From: Candidatus Latescibacterota bacterium
GTDB lineage: Bacteria > Latescibacterota > UBA2968 > UBA8231
Direction: 5' to 3'
Assembly (NCBI GenBank): GCA_965200315.1
Contig: OZ241362.1
Coordinates: 2,368,001 to 2,432,000, forward strand
DNA: 64,000 bases
Shown: one piece after another, positions 10,305 through 19,737 of the stretch
How the letters are laid out: each line of letters starts with the position of its first letter
How positions within the stretch are numbered: the first letter of the stretch is position 1
Notes under the pieces: generated by a model
What the model was told of the DNA's origin: nothing
Seen by the model: only the letters and a program-made list of their open reading frames with translations
Database searches by the model: none
Translations under genes and position numbers: made by a program

Positions 10305-10901
10305 TCACAATGAAGATCGGCCGGCAAAGGCCAGCGAAAGAGTGACGCTGTCGGCCAAGTCCAAATCTGCGCCCACCGGCAGACCGCGCGCCAGCCTCGA
10401 CACCTTGGTCAGCGGCGTGAGCTGCTGCGCGATGAAGTGAGCGGTCGCATCGCCCTCGGCATTGGCGTTGAGCGCGAGCATTACCTCTTGGACGCCCTGC
10501 TGGCGCACGCGCTCGACCAAGGTGCCGATGTGCAAATCCTCGGGCAACACGCCGTCTTGCGGGGAGAGCACCCCGCCGAGCACGTGATACGCTCCAGAGT
10601 AAAACTGACTCATTTCAAAGGCCAACACGTCGCTGGCTTCGGCCACCACGCAGAGGAACTGCTGGTCGCGCCGAGTGTCTCGGCAGACTTCGCATAGGGG
10701 TTCGCCCTTTTGGGTGAAATTGTAGCAGGTAGCGCAGTGTTCGATTTGGTCTTTGGCGGCAATGAGCGCTTTGGCGAGCAACTCGGCTTCCTCGCGCGGC
10801 CTCTTGACCACATAGAGCGCCAAGCGCTGCGCCGTCTTGCGGCCGATACCGGGCAGCTTGGCAAATGCGACGATCAAGTCTTCGAGGGCCAGAGGTTCCA
10901 T
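10305..10901 (-). CDS. recR: Recombination mediator RecR
   Basis: LPGIGRKTAQR HhH, C4 zinc finger, YHVLGG, EGDATA Toprim. Confidence 0.96.
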   Translation of the reverse strand: MEPLALEDLIVAFAKLPGIGRKTAQRLALYVVKRPREEAELLAKALIAAKDQIEHCATCYNFTQKGEPLCEVCRDTRRDQQFLCVVAEASDVLAFEMSQFYSGAYHVLGGVLSPQDGVLPEDLHIGTLVERVRQQGVQEVMLALNANAEGDATAHFIAQQLTPLTKVSRLARGLPVGADLDLADSVTLSLAFAGRSSL

Positions 10902-10909
10902 GCGATTTC

Positions 10910-12577
10910 TCAGACCAACTCGCCATCAAAAGTGTCGAGCACCGAGCGGAGGGTGGGGTCGGATTCGGGCTGGGTTGCCGCCTGCGGGGCCGATTGCTCT
11001 CCTTTGTGTGCGACGACCTCCAAGCGCAGCAGCCGCCCATATTTCGCCTTGACTATCTCCTCTACGCTTTCTCGGTTGTTGCTCACGTGATTCATGGCAA
11101 AGCGGTCAGCGGCACCAAAGCTCAGCTTGAGCACATGGCCTTCTAGACTATCTAAGGCCGCCCTATTGAGAAAATTGGCCAGCGACGGCTTGGCGGCACG
11201 CACGGCATTGACTAACTCGGGCCAAGTGGAATGCACCTGATCAAAGCTCAGGCTGGCAGCGACATTGCTTGACTCAGCCGGAGCAGCGGCTGGCTGCTGG
11301 GGCAGGGGCGGAGGTGCGGCCTGTTCGCTGCGACCGCTTGGAGACGGGGACGCGACCTGTTCGCTCCCACTCCTTGGCAGCGGAGACCGGGCCGGTTCAC
11401 TCCGACCGCTACTTGAAGGGGGGGGCGTAGCCGGGCGCGGCGCAGCACCTTCAAGCGACTGCAAGCGGCGCAGCAGTTCGCCCACATCGACAGCCCTGCC
11501 CATCAGCGCTAGATGTACCAAGGCGATTTCTAGGCGGAAGCGCGGCTGTAGCGAACGCTTTAGATCCGCCTCTAAATCTAAGAGCGACTGCATCATGCGG
11601 AGCAGATCCTCGACTTCTATAGCGGCGGCAAGCTCGCCACAGCGGCGGCGGGCGTCCTCGGCCATATCCAGCTCATCGGTCCCACCCTGTATTTTGGTGA
11701 AGAGCAGGTGGCGCAAAAGCTCGACTAGGCCATAGACGAACTCCTCAATATCGGCCCCTTCGTCAACGGCTTGGGCGACGACATCCAAAACCCGTGCAGG
11801 GGCCGCTTCGCGCAGGGCGTCGAGCAATTCAAAGTAGAGGCCGCGATTGACGAGCCCCAACACCTGCACCACGGCTTGCTGCGACACCTCCGTGCCCAAT
11901 GAGACCACTTGATCGAGTAGGCTTTCAGCGTCGCGCAGGGCACCGTCCGCACGGCTAGCCAACAGGTGGAACGCTCCCTCTTCGACCGCGATGCCCTCGG
12001 CTTGGGCAATGATGCCCAGATGAGCGGCGATCTGCCCGGTGGAGATGCGGCGAAAATTGAAGCGCTGACAACGCGAGAGAATGGTGTCGGGGACCGACTG
12101 TACTTCCGTGGTGGCGAAGATGAAAACCACGCGCTCCGGCGGCTCCTCCAGCGTCTTCAACAGCGCATTGAACGCCGCGGTCGAAAGCATGTGAACTTCG
12201 TCGATGATGTAGATCTTATAGACGCCTTCGGTCGCAGCGTAGCGCACGACCTCGCGCAACTCGCGGACGTCATCGACGCTGTTGTTGGAGGCCCCGTCTA
12301 TCTCCAGCACGTTCATGCTGGTAGAGGTGGCGATGCTCTGGCAGGAATCGCACGCCTCGCAAGGGTTGCCGTCGCGGGGGTCGGCGCAGTTGAGGACCTT
12401 GGCGAGAATCCGTGCGGTCGTGGTCTTGCCCACGCCGCGAGGGCCGCAAAACAGGTAGCACTGCGCGATGCGTCCGGAATGGACGGCGCTCTTTAAGGTG
12501 GCAGTGATATGCTCCTGCCCGACAACTTCGTCGAATTGGCGCGGACGCCACTTGCGCGCTGTTACCTGATAGGTCAT
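10910..12577 (-). CDS. dnaX: DNA polymerase III subunit gamma/tau (start MTYQVTARK)
   Basis: ARKWRP, GPRGVGKT, IDEVHML, SRCQRF. Confidence 0.96.
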   Translation of the reverse strand: MTYQVTARKWRPRQFDEVVGQEHITATLKSAVHSGRIAQCYLFCGPRGVGKTTTARILAKVLNCADPRDGNPCEACDSCQSIATSTSMNVLEIDGASNNSVDDVRELREVVRYAATEGVYKIYIIDEVHMLSTAAFNALLKTLEEPPERVVFIFATTEVQSVPDTILSRCQRFNFRRISTGQIAAHLGIIAQAEGIAVEEGAFHLLASRADGALRDAESLLDQVVSLGTEVSQQAVVQVLGLVNRGLYFELLDALREAAPARVLDVVAQAVDEGADIEEFVYGLVELLRHLLFTKIQGGTDELDMAEDARRRCGELAAAIEVEDLLRMMQSLLDLEADLKRSLQPRFRLEIALVHLALMGRAVDVGELLRRLQSLEGAAPRPATPPPSSSGRSEPARSPLPRSGSEQVASPSPSGRSEQAAPPPLPQQPAAAPAESSNVAASLSFDQVHSTWPELVNAVRAAKPSLANFLNRAALDSLEGHVLKLSFGAADRFAMNHVSNNRESVEEIVKAKYGRLLRLEVVAHKGEQSAPQAATQPESDPTLRSVLDTFDGELV

Positions 12578-12627
12578 TTGCGTTGCTCGACACAGCCAAG
12601 CTGAAGGGAATAAATAAAAAATTAAAA

Positions 12628-12899
12628 GGCCGTGCACCCATCTTCGATCCCGCCCTCAGGTCTGCCCAAAGCCAGTTAGCTCCAACCGGACAACTCTGCG
12701 GCACACCAAGAGACATTCCTACCGCTGCTACCTTCCGGTCCTGACGGGGTTCAGAAGCTCTTAATTGCGCAGAATCCGGTCTTCAGCGCCACTTTGCTCC
12801 GGGTCGAACAAGAGGGGCGAAAACCTCTGGATGGGAATTCAATCCCGCTATAGCGGATTGCGGGTACAGGGCACCGCTATCTCCCCATCTAGCACGACC
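12628..12899 (-). ncRNA. ffs: SRP RNA, large (Alu-domain) bacterial type
   Basis: Domain IV TCAGGACCGGAAGGTAGCAGC; 5' Alu-like GGGGAGATAGCGGTGCCCTGTACCCGCAATCCGCTATAGCGGG; terminal helix GGTCGTGC/GCACGGCC; ~270 nt; upstream of dnaX. Confidence 0.92.
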
Positions 12900-12936
12900 T
12901 ACAACACTGCATTTCACAGCGGATATCCGGAAAATA

Positions 12937-13012
12937 TGGTGGAGCAGATGGGGATCGAACCCACGACCTCCAGATTGCGAACCTGGCGCTCTCCCAGCTG
13001 AGCTACTGCCCC
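12937..13012 (-). tRNA. tRNA-Ala(CGC)
   Basis: Cloverleaf, anticodon arm CCAGG-TT-CGC-AA-TCTGG, G3:U70 pair, encoded CCA. Confidence 0.96.
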
Positions 13013-13026
13013 GTCCGGATCAATTA

Positions 13027-13117
13027 TGGCGGAGAGAGTGGGATTCGAACCCACGGTAGGGGGTTGCCCTACACACGATTTCCAGTCGTGCACCTTCGAC
13101 CACTCGGTCATCTCTCC
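13027..13117 (-). tRNA. tRNA-Ser(GGA)
   Basis: Anticodon arm CACGA-CT-GGA-AA-TCGTG, long variable arm, GCCA end. Confidence 0.96.
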
Positions 13118-13138
13118 ACAAAAGCATTGTGTCTTAAA

Positions 13139-13228
<90 letters not shown>

Positions 13229-13233
13229 TCAAT

Positions 13234-13719
13234 CTACTTGGCCGCTCGCAGGGCCGCAAAAAACCCCTTGAGCAACTCGGCACATTCTCGCTTTAGTACC
13301 CCGCCGCGAACCTGACAGCGATGATTGAGCCGAGGATCCTCCGCAATGTTGCACAACGAGCCGCAAGCACCAGACTTAGGATCGGCGGCCCCAAAGACCA
13401 ACCGTGGCACCCGGGCTAAAACCGCGGCCCCAGCACACATGGCGCAAGGCTCCAAAGTGACGTAGAGCGTCGTTGCCAACAAGCGCCGCGTCCCCAGTGC
13501 CGCTACGGCTTGGCGCAAGGCCAGCATTTCCGCATGGGCTGTGGGGTCCTGCGTTGCTTCAATGGCGTTGCCGGCCCGGCCCAAAACCTGCCCGGCTCCG
13601 ACGACGACAGCACCGACGGGTACCTCGCCGCGACGACCGGCGCACTCGGCCTCGCGCAGGGCCTCGCGCATCCAATGGCTGTCTTCGGCGAATGAGCTAA
13701 CTTCTTCCGTAGAATCCAT
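13234..13719 (-). CDS. tadA: tRNA adenosine(34) deaminase
   Basis: EVPVGAVVV, DPTAHAEM, TLEPCAMC, RLNH motifs; exact start uncertain. Confidence 0.93.
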   Translation of the reverse strand: MDSTEEVSSFAEDSHWMREALREAECAGRRGEVPVGAVVVGAGQVLGRAGNAIEATQDPTAHAEMLALRQAVAALGTRRLLATTLYVTLEPCAMCAGAAVLARVPRLVFGAADPKSGACGSLCNIAEDPRLNHRCQVRGGVLKRECAELLKGFFAALRAAK

Positions 13720-13797
13720 TTGAGGCCGTTTTAAGGGGCCTTCCAAGAGATGTAAATATAACGGCTGCCCAAAACAAGAGCAAGACTTAGTGAGGCT

Positions 13798-14229
13798 TCA
13801 AAAACGCTTGCGATAATGGTCGCGGGGAAACAGAGAAGAGGCCCGACGCTGCCAGTAACTTTCCGCGTCGGGAGCGATTTTGCGGTCGAGCGGATCGCGG
13901 CCCAAAAGGCGCATACCAAGCCCAATCAGCGTAAAAAGCGTGTAGAAAACCAGCGCCAAGAGCAGGTGGATATTGACAAAGGCAACGATTCTCGCCAGCC
14001 ACATGTAGGGAAAGTAGATCGGCTTCAGCGCGACGGGTAGCACCAACCCAGTCCCGAGCAACACCAGCGAGGCCGCGTGTACAAGCTGGGCAATGCCGAT
14101 AGCTTCCACGTACCACAGATAGCCACCTAACACGGCCAACAATGCCGCCAGCACGATTCCGAATCGGCGCAAATCGACGCGCAAGGGAACCGCAACGCCC
14201 CAGTAGCTCTTGACCTCAGTCAAGCTCAA
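13798..14229 (-). CDS. SxtJ-like membrane protein
   Basis: DLRRFG, P..LKP.Y..WM-like segment, G.DPL.R.....ESYW..R; coupled to carbamoyltransferase. Confidence 0.75.
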   Translation of the reverse strand: MSLTEVKSYWGVAVPLRVDLRRFGIVLAALLAVLGGYLWYVEAIGIAQLVHAASLVLLGTGLVLPVALKPIYFPYMWLARIVAFVNIHLLLALVFYTLFTLIGLGMRLLGRDPLDRKIAPDAESYWQRRASSLFPRDHYRKRF

Positions 14230-16039
14230 ACTCCTCTTGCCAATCCAGCTCTTCCTGCCACTGCGGCTGGTCTTTTTTGTCCAAGATATAAGAGCCTATA
14301 ACCAAAAAATCCATCTCGGTCCGCATGAAGCAGCGATAGGCATCTGCTGGGCTTTGGACGATGGGTTCGCCGCGCACGTTGAAGGACGTGTTGACGACCA
14401 CCGGGTATCCGGTCAGACTCTGAAAGGCGCGAATCACGTCGTAGTAGCGCGGGTGATCTTGCCGGCGCAGCGTCTGCACCCGCGCCGAGTAATCCACGTG
14501 GGTGACGGCTGGCATATCCGAGCGCGGCACGTTTAGCTTGTCGATGCCGAACAGCCGCTGTTGGTCCTCGCTCATGGGAATCTGCCGCTCCGCTTTAATC
14601 GGGGCCACTTGCAGCATGTAGGGCGAGTCGGCATCTAGCTCAAAGAACTCGTGTACGTATTCGCGCAGGACTGTCGGAGCAAAGGGACGGAAGCTCTCGC
14701 GGAACTTGATTTTGAGGTTCATCACCGACTGCATCTGGGTGGAGCGCGGGTCGCCTAAAATCGACCGGGCGCCGAGCGCACGCGGCCCAAATTCCATCCG
14801 CCCCTGAAAAAAGCCTACTACCTTGCCCGCGGCCAACAGCTCGGCCACATGCACTGGCAGTTCGTCCTCAGCGAGTTTTTGCGCCACCCCCGCCTGCTCC
14901 TCAATGCACTGGTAGATTTCTTCGTCCCCGTACTCAGGCCCTAATAGCGCCCCCCGCATCGCGTCGTTTTCGCCATCTGCCATCCGCTCATGGCCCAAAT
15001 GATTATGCCACAGCGCTAGCGCCACGCCCAAGGCCCCGCCGGCATCGCCCGCCGCCGGCTGAATCCAGATGTTTTCAAAGGGCCCTTCGCGCAAGATGCG
15101 GCCATTGCCGACGCAATTGAGGGCTACGCCACCGGCCATGCACAAGTTCTTGAGTTTGGTTTCTCGATGCACCGTGCGGGCAATGCGCAACATGACTTCC
15201 TCGGTGACGACCTGACAGGAGCGCGCAATATCCATCTCGCGCTGCGTCAGCGTCGTCTCTGGCCGCCGCGGCGCTCCCCCGAAGAGCTTGTCCATAGCCC
15301 GACTGGTCATCGTCAGGCCGGATAGGTAGTTGAAATAACGAGTGTTGAGCTTGAAGGAGCCGTCGTCCTTCAGGTCGATTATCTCGTCGAGCATTAGATC
15401 GACGTATTTTGGCTCGCCATAAGGGGCCAGCCCCATCAGCTTGTACTCGCCGGAGTTGACCTTAAAGCCCGCAAAATAGGTAAAGGCCGAATAGAACAAA
15501 CCCAGCGAGTGGGGAAACTTGATATCGGCCAGCGTGTGAATTTCGGCATCTCGGCCGTAGCCATAGCTGGTAGTGGTCCACTCGCCGACCCCGTCCAAGG
15601 TCGCGATCGCCGCTTCCCGATACGGCGACGGGTAGAAGGCCGACGCGGCGTGCGACTCGTGGTGGTCGCTGAACAGTATGGGTACATCGCAGCCTAGCTG
15701 TTCTTGGATTAACTGCGGGATCCACAGCTTCTTTTCGAGCCATACCTTCATGCTCTTCCAGTAGAGGCGGAGGCCCAACGGCGCCGTGCCGAGATGGGTC
15801 TCTAGCAGGCGTTCAAAAGTCAACAGGGGTTTGTCGTAAAACCCCACGCAGTGCAGGTCTTTGGCCTCAATACCGCCTTTTCGCAGACAGTAGGAGACGG
15901 CGCGAGTGGGAAAATCTGGATCGTGTTTAACGCGCGAGAATCGCTCCTCCTGCACCGCAGCGACGATTTCTCCGTCGCGCACCAAACAGGCCGCGCTATC
16001 GTGGTAAAATGCGGAAATGCCGAGGATGTAAGTGGCCAT
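14216..16039 (-). CDS. O-carbamoyltransferase (NodU/CmcH/TobZ family)
   Basis: ILGISAFYHDSAA, HHESHAAS, DGVGE, GEYKLMGLAPYG, GRMEFGPRALG, KFRESFRPFAP, NTSFNVRGEPIV. Confidence 0.95.
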   Translation of the reverse strand: MATYILGISAFYHDSAACLVRDGEIVAAVQEERFSRVKHDPDFPTRAVSYCLRKGGIEAKDLHCVGFYDKPLLTFERLLETHLGTAPLGLRLYWKSMKVWLEKKLWIPQLIQEQLGCDVPILFSDHHESHAASAFYPSPYREAAIATLDGVGEWTTTSYGYGRDAEIHTLADIKFPHSLGLFYSAFTYFAGFKVNSGEYKLMGLAPYGEPKYVDLMLDEIIDLKDDGSFKLNTRYFNYLSGLTMTSRAMDKLFGGAPRRPETTLTQREMDIARSCQVVTEEVMLRIARTVHRETKLKNLCMAGGVALNCVGNGRILREGPFENIWIQPAAGDAGGALGVALALWHNHLGHERMADGENDAMRGALLGPEYGDEEIYQCIEEQAGVAQKLAEDELPVHVAELLAAGKVVGFFQGRMEFGPRALGARSILGDPRSTQMQSVMNLKIKFRESFRPFAPTVLREYVHEFFELDADSPYMLQVAPIKAERQIPMSEDQQRLFGIDKLNVPRSDMPAVTHVDYSARVQTLRRQDHPRYYDVIRAFQSLTGYPVVVNTSFNVRGEPIVQSPADAYRCFMRTEMDFLVIGSYILDKKDQPQWQEELDWQEEFELD

Positions 16040-16046
16040 AAGGAGC

Positions 16047-16075
16047 TTGACAAAATGGGATTTGGCAGCGATAAT
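16047..16075 (+). promoter_or_regulatory. Sigma70-type promoter for lysA
   Basis: TTGACA-17 nt-GATAAT. Confidence 0.65.
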
Positions 16076-16088
16076 AGAAGGCTTTCAT

Positions 16089-16117
16089 AAGCTACGGATT
16101 CTATTGAAAAATATCAA
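16089..16117 (-). promoter_or_regulatory. Candidate sigma70-type promoter for the carbamoyltransferase operon
   Basis: TTGATA-17 nt-TAGCTT on the minus strand, facing the lysA promoter. Confidence 0.4.
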
Positions 16118-16131
16118 GTTAGGTTCATTTG

Positions 16132-17403
16132 ATGGAACGGCTTTCACTCCTGTCTGAAGACCAAGTTCGCGCTGTCCAGTGCCAATTTGGGACGCCCACT
16201 TTTGTCTATAGTCAAAAGGCGTTGGAATCCCAAGCCCAAAAGGCACTGGCCTTCCCCAATGCACACGGCCTGACGGTTCGCTACGCGGTGAAAGCCTGTC
16301 CGGCAGCCGGCGTGATCCGCATTCTCAATCGCGCCGGCCTGCACATCGACGCGAGCAGTGGCTACGAAGCGCTGCGGGCCATGCGCGCTGGCGTCCCTGC
16401 GGACCAGATTCAGATCACGGCCCAACAACTACCCGACAATTTAGCAGATCTAGTGCGCCAAGGTGCCCTCTTCAACGCCTGTTCCCTGCACCAACTCGCA
16501 GCCTACGGCCGGCTCTTTCCGGGCCGCGAAGTTTCCGTACGCATTAACCCAGGCCTAGGTTCGGGACACAGCAACCGCACCAATACGGGCGGCCCTTCGT
16601 CGAGCTTCGGCATCTGGCACGAGCATCTCGACCAAGTGCTCGCAACGGCCGCCAAACACAACCTGCAACTCACTGGCTTGCACAGCCATATCGGCTCGGG
16701 CAGCGACCCAGCAGTCTGGCAGAACTGCGCCCGGCTGACCCTCGGCGTAGCCACCAAACTGCCCGAGGTCCGGCGCGTGAACATGGGTGGCGGTTTCAAA
16801 ATTGGACGCATGGCCGACGAAGTATCGACCGACTTGCACAAGGCCGGTCAACCTGTGGCCGACGAATTCAACCGCTTCGCCTGCGAGCATGGCCGCAAAC
16901 TGCATCTGGAAATCGAACCGGGGACCTTCTTGGTAGGCAACGCCGGTGCCATCGTCTGTAGCGTCGTCGACGTAGTCGATACCGGCCCGCAGGGCTATTG
17001 CTTTATCAAGGTCAATAGCGGCATGACCGAAGTGTTGCGTCCCAGTCTGTACGGGGCGCAGCACCCCATCGTCGTAGTTGCGGCCACCCCAGAGGAACGC
17101 GGCCAAGGCGAGTACCTAATTGCTGGCCATTGCTGTGAAAGCGGGGATATTCTCACGCCAGCGTCCGGCAACCCCGAAGAACTGGGACCTCGTGCACTCA
17201 CCGAGCCGCGCATCGGCGATGCGGTCTTTATCGGCGGCAGCGGAGCCTATTGCGCTGGCATGGCCGCCAAAAACTACAATTCCTTCCCGGAAGCATGCGA
17301 AGTACTGCTCGGTACAGACGGCGAGCTGCATCTGCTGCGCCAGCGACAAACCCTCGACCAAGTCCTAGCCAACGAGTCCCTACCCGCTTTCCTCAGCTCC
17401 TAA
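16132..17403 (+). CDS. lysA: Diaminopimelate decarboxylase
   Basis: YAVKA PLP lysine, HIGSG, NMGGG, EPG, CESGD, GAY motifs. Confidence 0.88.
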   Translation: MERLSLLSEDQVRAVQCQFGTPTFVYSQKALESQAQKALAFPNAHGLTVRYAVKACPAAGVIRILNRAGLHIDASSGYEALRAMRAGVPADQIQITAQQLPDNLADLVRQGALFNACSLHQLAAYGRLFPGREVSVRINPGLGSGHSNRTNTGGPSSSFGIWHEHLDQVLATAAKHNLQLTGLHSHIGSGSDPAVWQNCARLTLGVATKLPEVRRVNMGGGFKIGRMADEVSTDLHKAGQPVADEFNRFACEHGRKLHLEIEPGTFLVGNAGAIVCSVVDVVDTGPQGYCFIKVNSGMTEVLRPSLYGAQHPIVVVAATPEERGQGEYLIAGHCCESGDILTPASGNPEELGPRALTEPRIGDAVFIGGSGAYCAGMAAKNYNSFPEACEVLLGTDGELHLLRQRQTLDQVLANESLPAFLSS

Positions 17404-18423
17404 GCCGCGCAGCTTCGGATCCAGCGCGTCGCGCAACCCGTCGCCTAGCAGGTTGTACAAGGTCACGGTCGCAAAAATGGCCAAGCCCGGCACGACCACC
17501 AGCCACCACGCCGCTGCGTTACTACGCGCCCCGGCCAGCAGGGCACCCCAAGTGATCACTTCTGCTGGTATCCCTACCCCTAAAAAGCTCAATCCAGACT
17601 CGGCGAGGATGGCACCTGCGACCCCAAAGGCCGCCGGGATTAAGATCGGGCCGATGGCGTTAGGCAGGATGTGCCGGAACATGATCCGCCCATTTGAGTA
17701 TCCGAGGCTGCGTGCGGCTGCCACGTAATCGTAGCTGCGCACCTGCAAAAACTGCGATCGCGCCAAGCGGGCGATACCGACCCAACTCGTAAGACCGATA
17801 ATGACCATGACGAAGAACAGACTTGGCGGAAAAAACGCCGCGACCGTCAATATCAGAAAGAAGCTAGGAATCGCGGCCCACAACTCGAAAAGACGCGAGA
17901 GTGCCAAGTCAACCCAGCCTCCAAAGTAGCCGGCCAACGCCCCCAAGACCAAGCCAATGGCCAGCGATATCCCCACGGCCACTAGGCCGATGGTCAAAGC
18001 GTAGCGCGTACCGTGAATCAGTCCCGAGAGCACGTCGCGGCCCAAGCGGTCCGTGCCCAGCCAGTGCTCGGCTCCCGGGGGCTGGTACTTCTCCCGCAAG
18101 CGGATCTCGCCCGGGGCATAAGGCACCGGCGGGAAGATGGCCTCCTCTAACTTGAGCTTTTTGAAGTTGCGGCGGCGCTTTAATTCCGCTGGCCAGTCCA
18201 TTACCCCTAGATAGACTGCGTATTGGCGGAAGGCCGGAAAGTAGATCTCGCCCTTGTATTTCATGTAGTACGGCTTGTCGCCGGCCAGCAAGTCGGCGCT
18301 CAAGGCCATAATCCCCAGCAAGACGATGCCCAAGAGACTGAGCAGAGCGGGTCTGTTTTTCTTTAACTGTCTCCATACGACCCGCCCGTAGGACTGCCCT
18401 TGTGCAACGGTCTCCGCGCTCAT
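17380..18423 (-). CDS. Peptide/nickel ABC transporter permease (OppC/DppC-like)
   Basis: HWLGTDRLGRDV, YVAAARSLG (EAA loop), HILPN, ESGLSFLG, GDGLRDALDP. Confidence 0.95.
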   Translation of the reverse strand: MSAETVAQGQSYGRVVWRQLKKNRPALLSLLGIVLLGIMALSADLLAGDKPYYMKYKGEIYFPAFRQYAVYLGVMDWPAELKRRRNFKKLKLEEAIFPPVPYAPGEIRLREKYQPPGAEHWLGTDRLGRDVLSGLIHGTRYALTIGLVAVGISLAIGLVLGALAGYFGGWVDLALSRLFELWAAIPSFFLILTVAAFFPPSLFFVMVIIGLTSWVGIARLARSQFLQVRSYDYVAAARSLGYSNGRIMFRHILPNAIGPILIPAAFGVAGAILAESGLSFLGVGIPAEVITWGALLAGARSNAAAWWLVVVPGLAIFATVTLYNLLGDGLRDALDPKLRGLGAEESG

Positions 18424-19719
18424 CTATACACTCGCGAAGTCGATGCGCGGGTCCACGGCCTTGAGCAGAATATCCGCCACCAAGATCCCCGCCAAGGATA
18501 GGGCCGAACCAATGGTGAAAAGCGCCATAGCCACGGGGTAATCGCGCACGATGACCGACTGGAAAGCCAAAAAGCCCATGCCCGGAATGGTGAAGATCGT
18601 CTCGATAAACACCGAACCCGCGATCATTCCCGGCAAAAGCCCAGCCATCAGCGTTACAATGGGAATCAGGGAATTGCGCAACACGTGACGCAGCACCACA
18701 ACGCGGTAGCGCAATCCTTTGGCTTGGGCGGTGCGCACGTAGTCCAGCCGCAAATTCTCCAGCATGCTAGTGCGCATATAGCGCGAGATGCCAGCAAAGC
18801 TGGCGTAGGTCGAAGCCAATATCGGCAAAACCATGTGGTGAGCGTGGTCGGTTAGCAGTCGCCAGAATCCCCAGTCTTCCCCCGCGTCCAAGGATTGGAT
18901 ACCGGAGGCCGGGAACCAGTGGAAGAATTCCTTGTTGGAGAAAAACAAAATCAACAGCATGCCGACCCAAAACGAAGGCATTGACCACAGCATGAAAGTC
19001 CCGGTGGTAACTAAGCGATCTGTAATAGTATTTTGCTTGACCGCGATCACTATGCCCAGCGGCACGCCGACTAGATAGGCAAACACTAGGCTGATGAGGT
19101 TGATTTCCAGCGTGACGGGCAGCCGGTCAAGGATGTGGTCGATGACCGGTTGCTGATCTTTGAAGGAGCGCCCCAAATTAAGCGTCACCAAACGCCAATC
19201 TCCCGTCTGCACCAGCTCCAAACCAGACCCAGCATACGCATAGTTTTTAGCTGGCGAGAAAAGGCGGCTCTGCCAGAAAGGCGACTCGACTAGCTCGTTG
19301 ACGCGCTCGGGGCGCAGGCGGCGAAAGTGCTCCAAGAACCGCGCCTTGCGCTCCTCGCCCTCAAGCGAGACCAACTCGGCCCGCTCCGCGTCCGCTAGCT
19401 CGTCGAGCACGGCGTCGGCCAACAAGGCCCCTCGGTCGAATGCGCCTAGGTCCTCCACCCGCAAGACCAAGTTGGAAAGCCAGTGCAAGTATTGGATGTG
19501 TAGCGGTTGGTCCAGCCCAAGTTGGCGGCGCAAATCCCGGCGCGTCTTCTCCATGTCCGTCTGATGGTCGGTGGAGATCCCCTCGCCACCAGCGGCCCCA
19601 CCCAAGAACAGATCGACTGGGTCGCCGGGCGCCAAGCGCATAATCAGAAAAGTCAGTAGGGTGATGCCGAGGAGGGTTGGGATGGCCAGCAGAATGCGCT
19701 GGATGGTGTACTGCAGCAT
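18424..19719 (-). CDS. Peptide/nickel ABC transporter permease (OppB/DppB-like) with enlarged periplasmic loop
   Basis: LAPGDP, GLDQPLHIQY, RLPVTLE, DYVRTAQAKGL, HVLRNSLIP, RDYP, DPRI. Confidence 0.95.
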   Translation of the reverse strand: MLQYTIQRILLAIPTLLGITLLTFLIMRLAPGDPVDLFLGGAAGGEGISTDHQTDMEKTRRDLRRQLGLDQPLHIQYLHWLSNLVLRVEDLGAFDRGALLADAVLDELADAERAELVSLEGEERKARFLEHFRRLRPERVNELVESPFWQSRLFSPAKNYAYAGSGLELVQTGDWRLVTLNLGRSFKDQQPVIDHILDRLPVTLEINLISLVFAYLVGVPLGIVIAVKQNTITDRLVTTGTFMLWSMPSFWVGMLLILFFSNKEFFHWFPASGIQSLDAGEDWGFWRLLTDHAHHMVLPILASTYASFAGISRYMRTSMLENLRLDYVRTAQAKGLRYRVVVLRHVLRNSLIPIVTLMAGLLPGMIAGSVFIETIFTIPGMGFLAFQSVIVRDYPVAMALFTIGSALSLAGILVADILLKAVDPRIDFASV

Positions 19720-19737
19720 GGTGGGAGCGCGGGCGCT

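Noticed and set aside
13798-16039. Saxitoxin biosynthesis (sxtI/sxtJ similarity)
   Set aside because: No sxtA, sxtG or other sxt genes are present; this pair is widespread outside toxin clusters.
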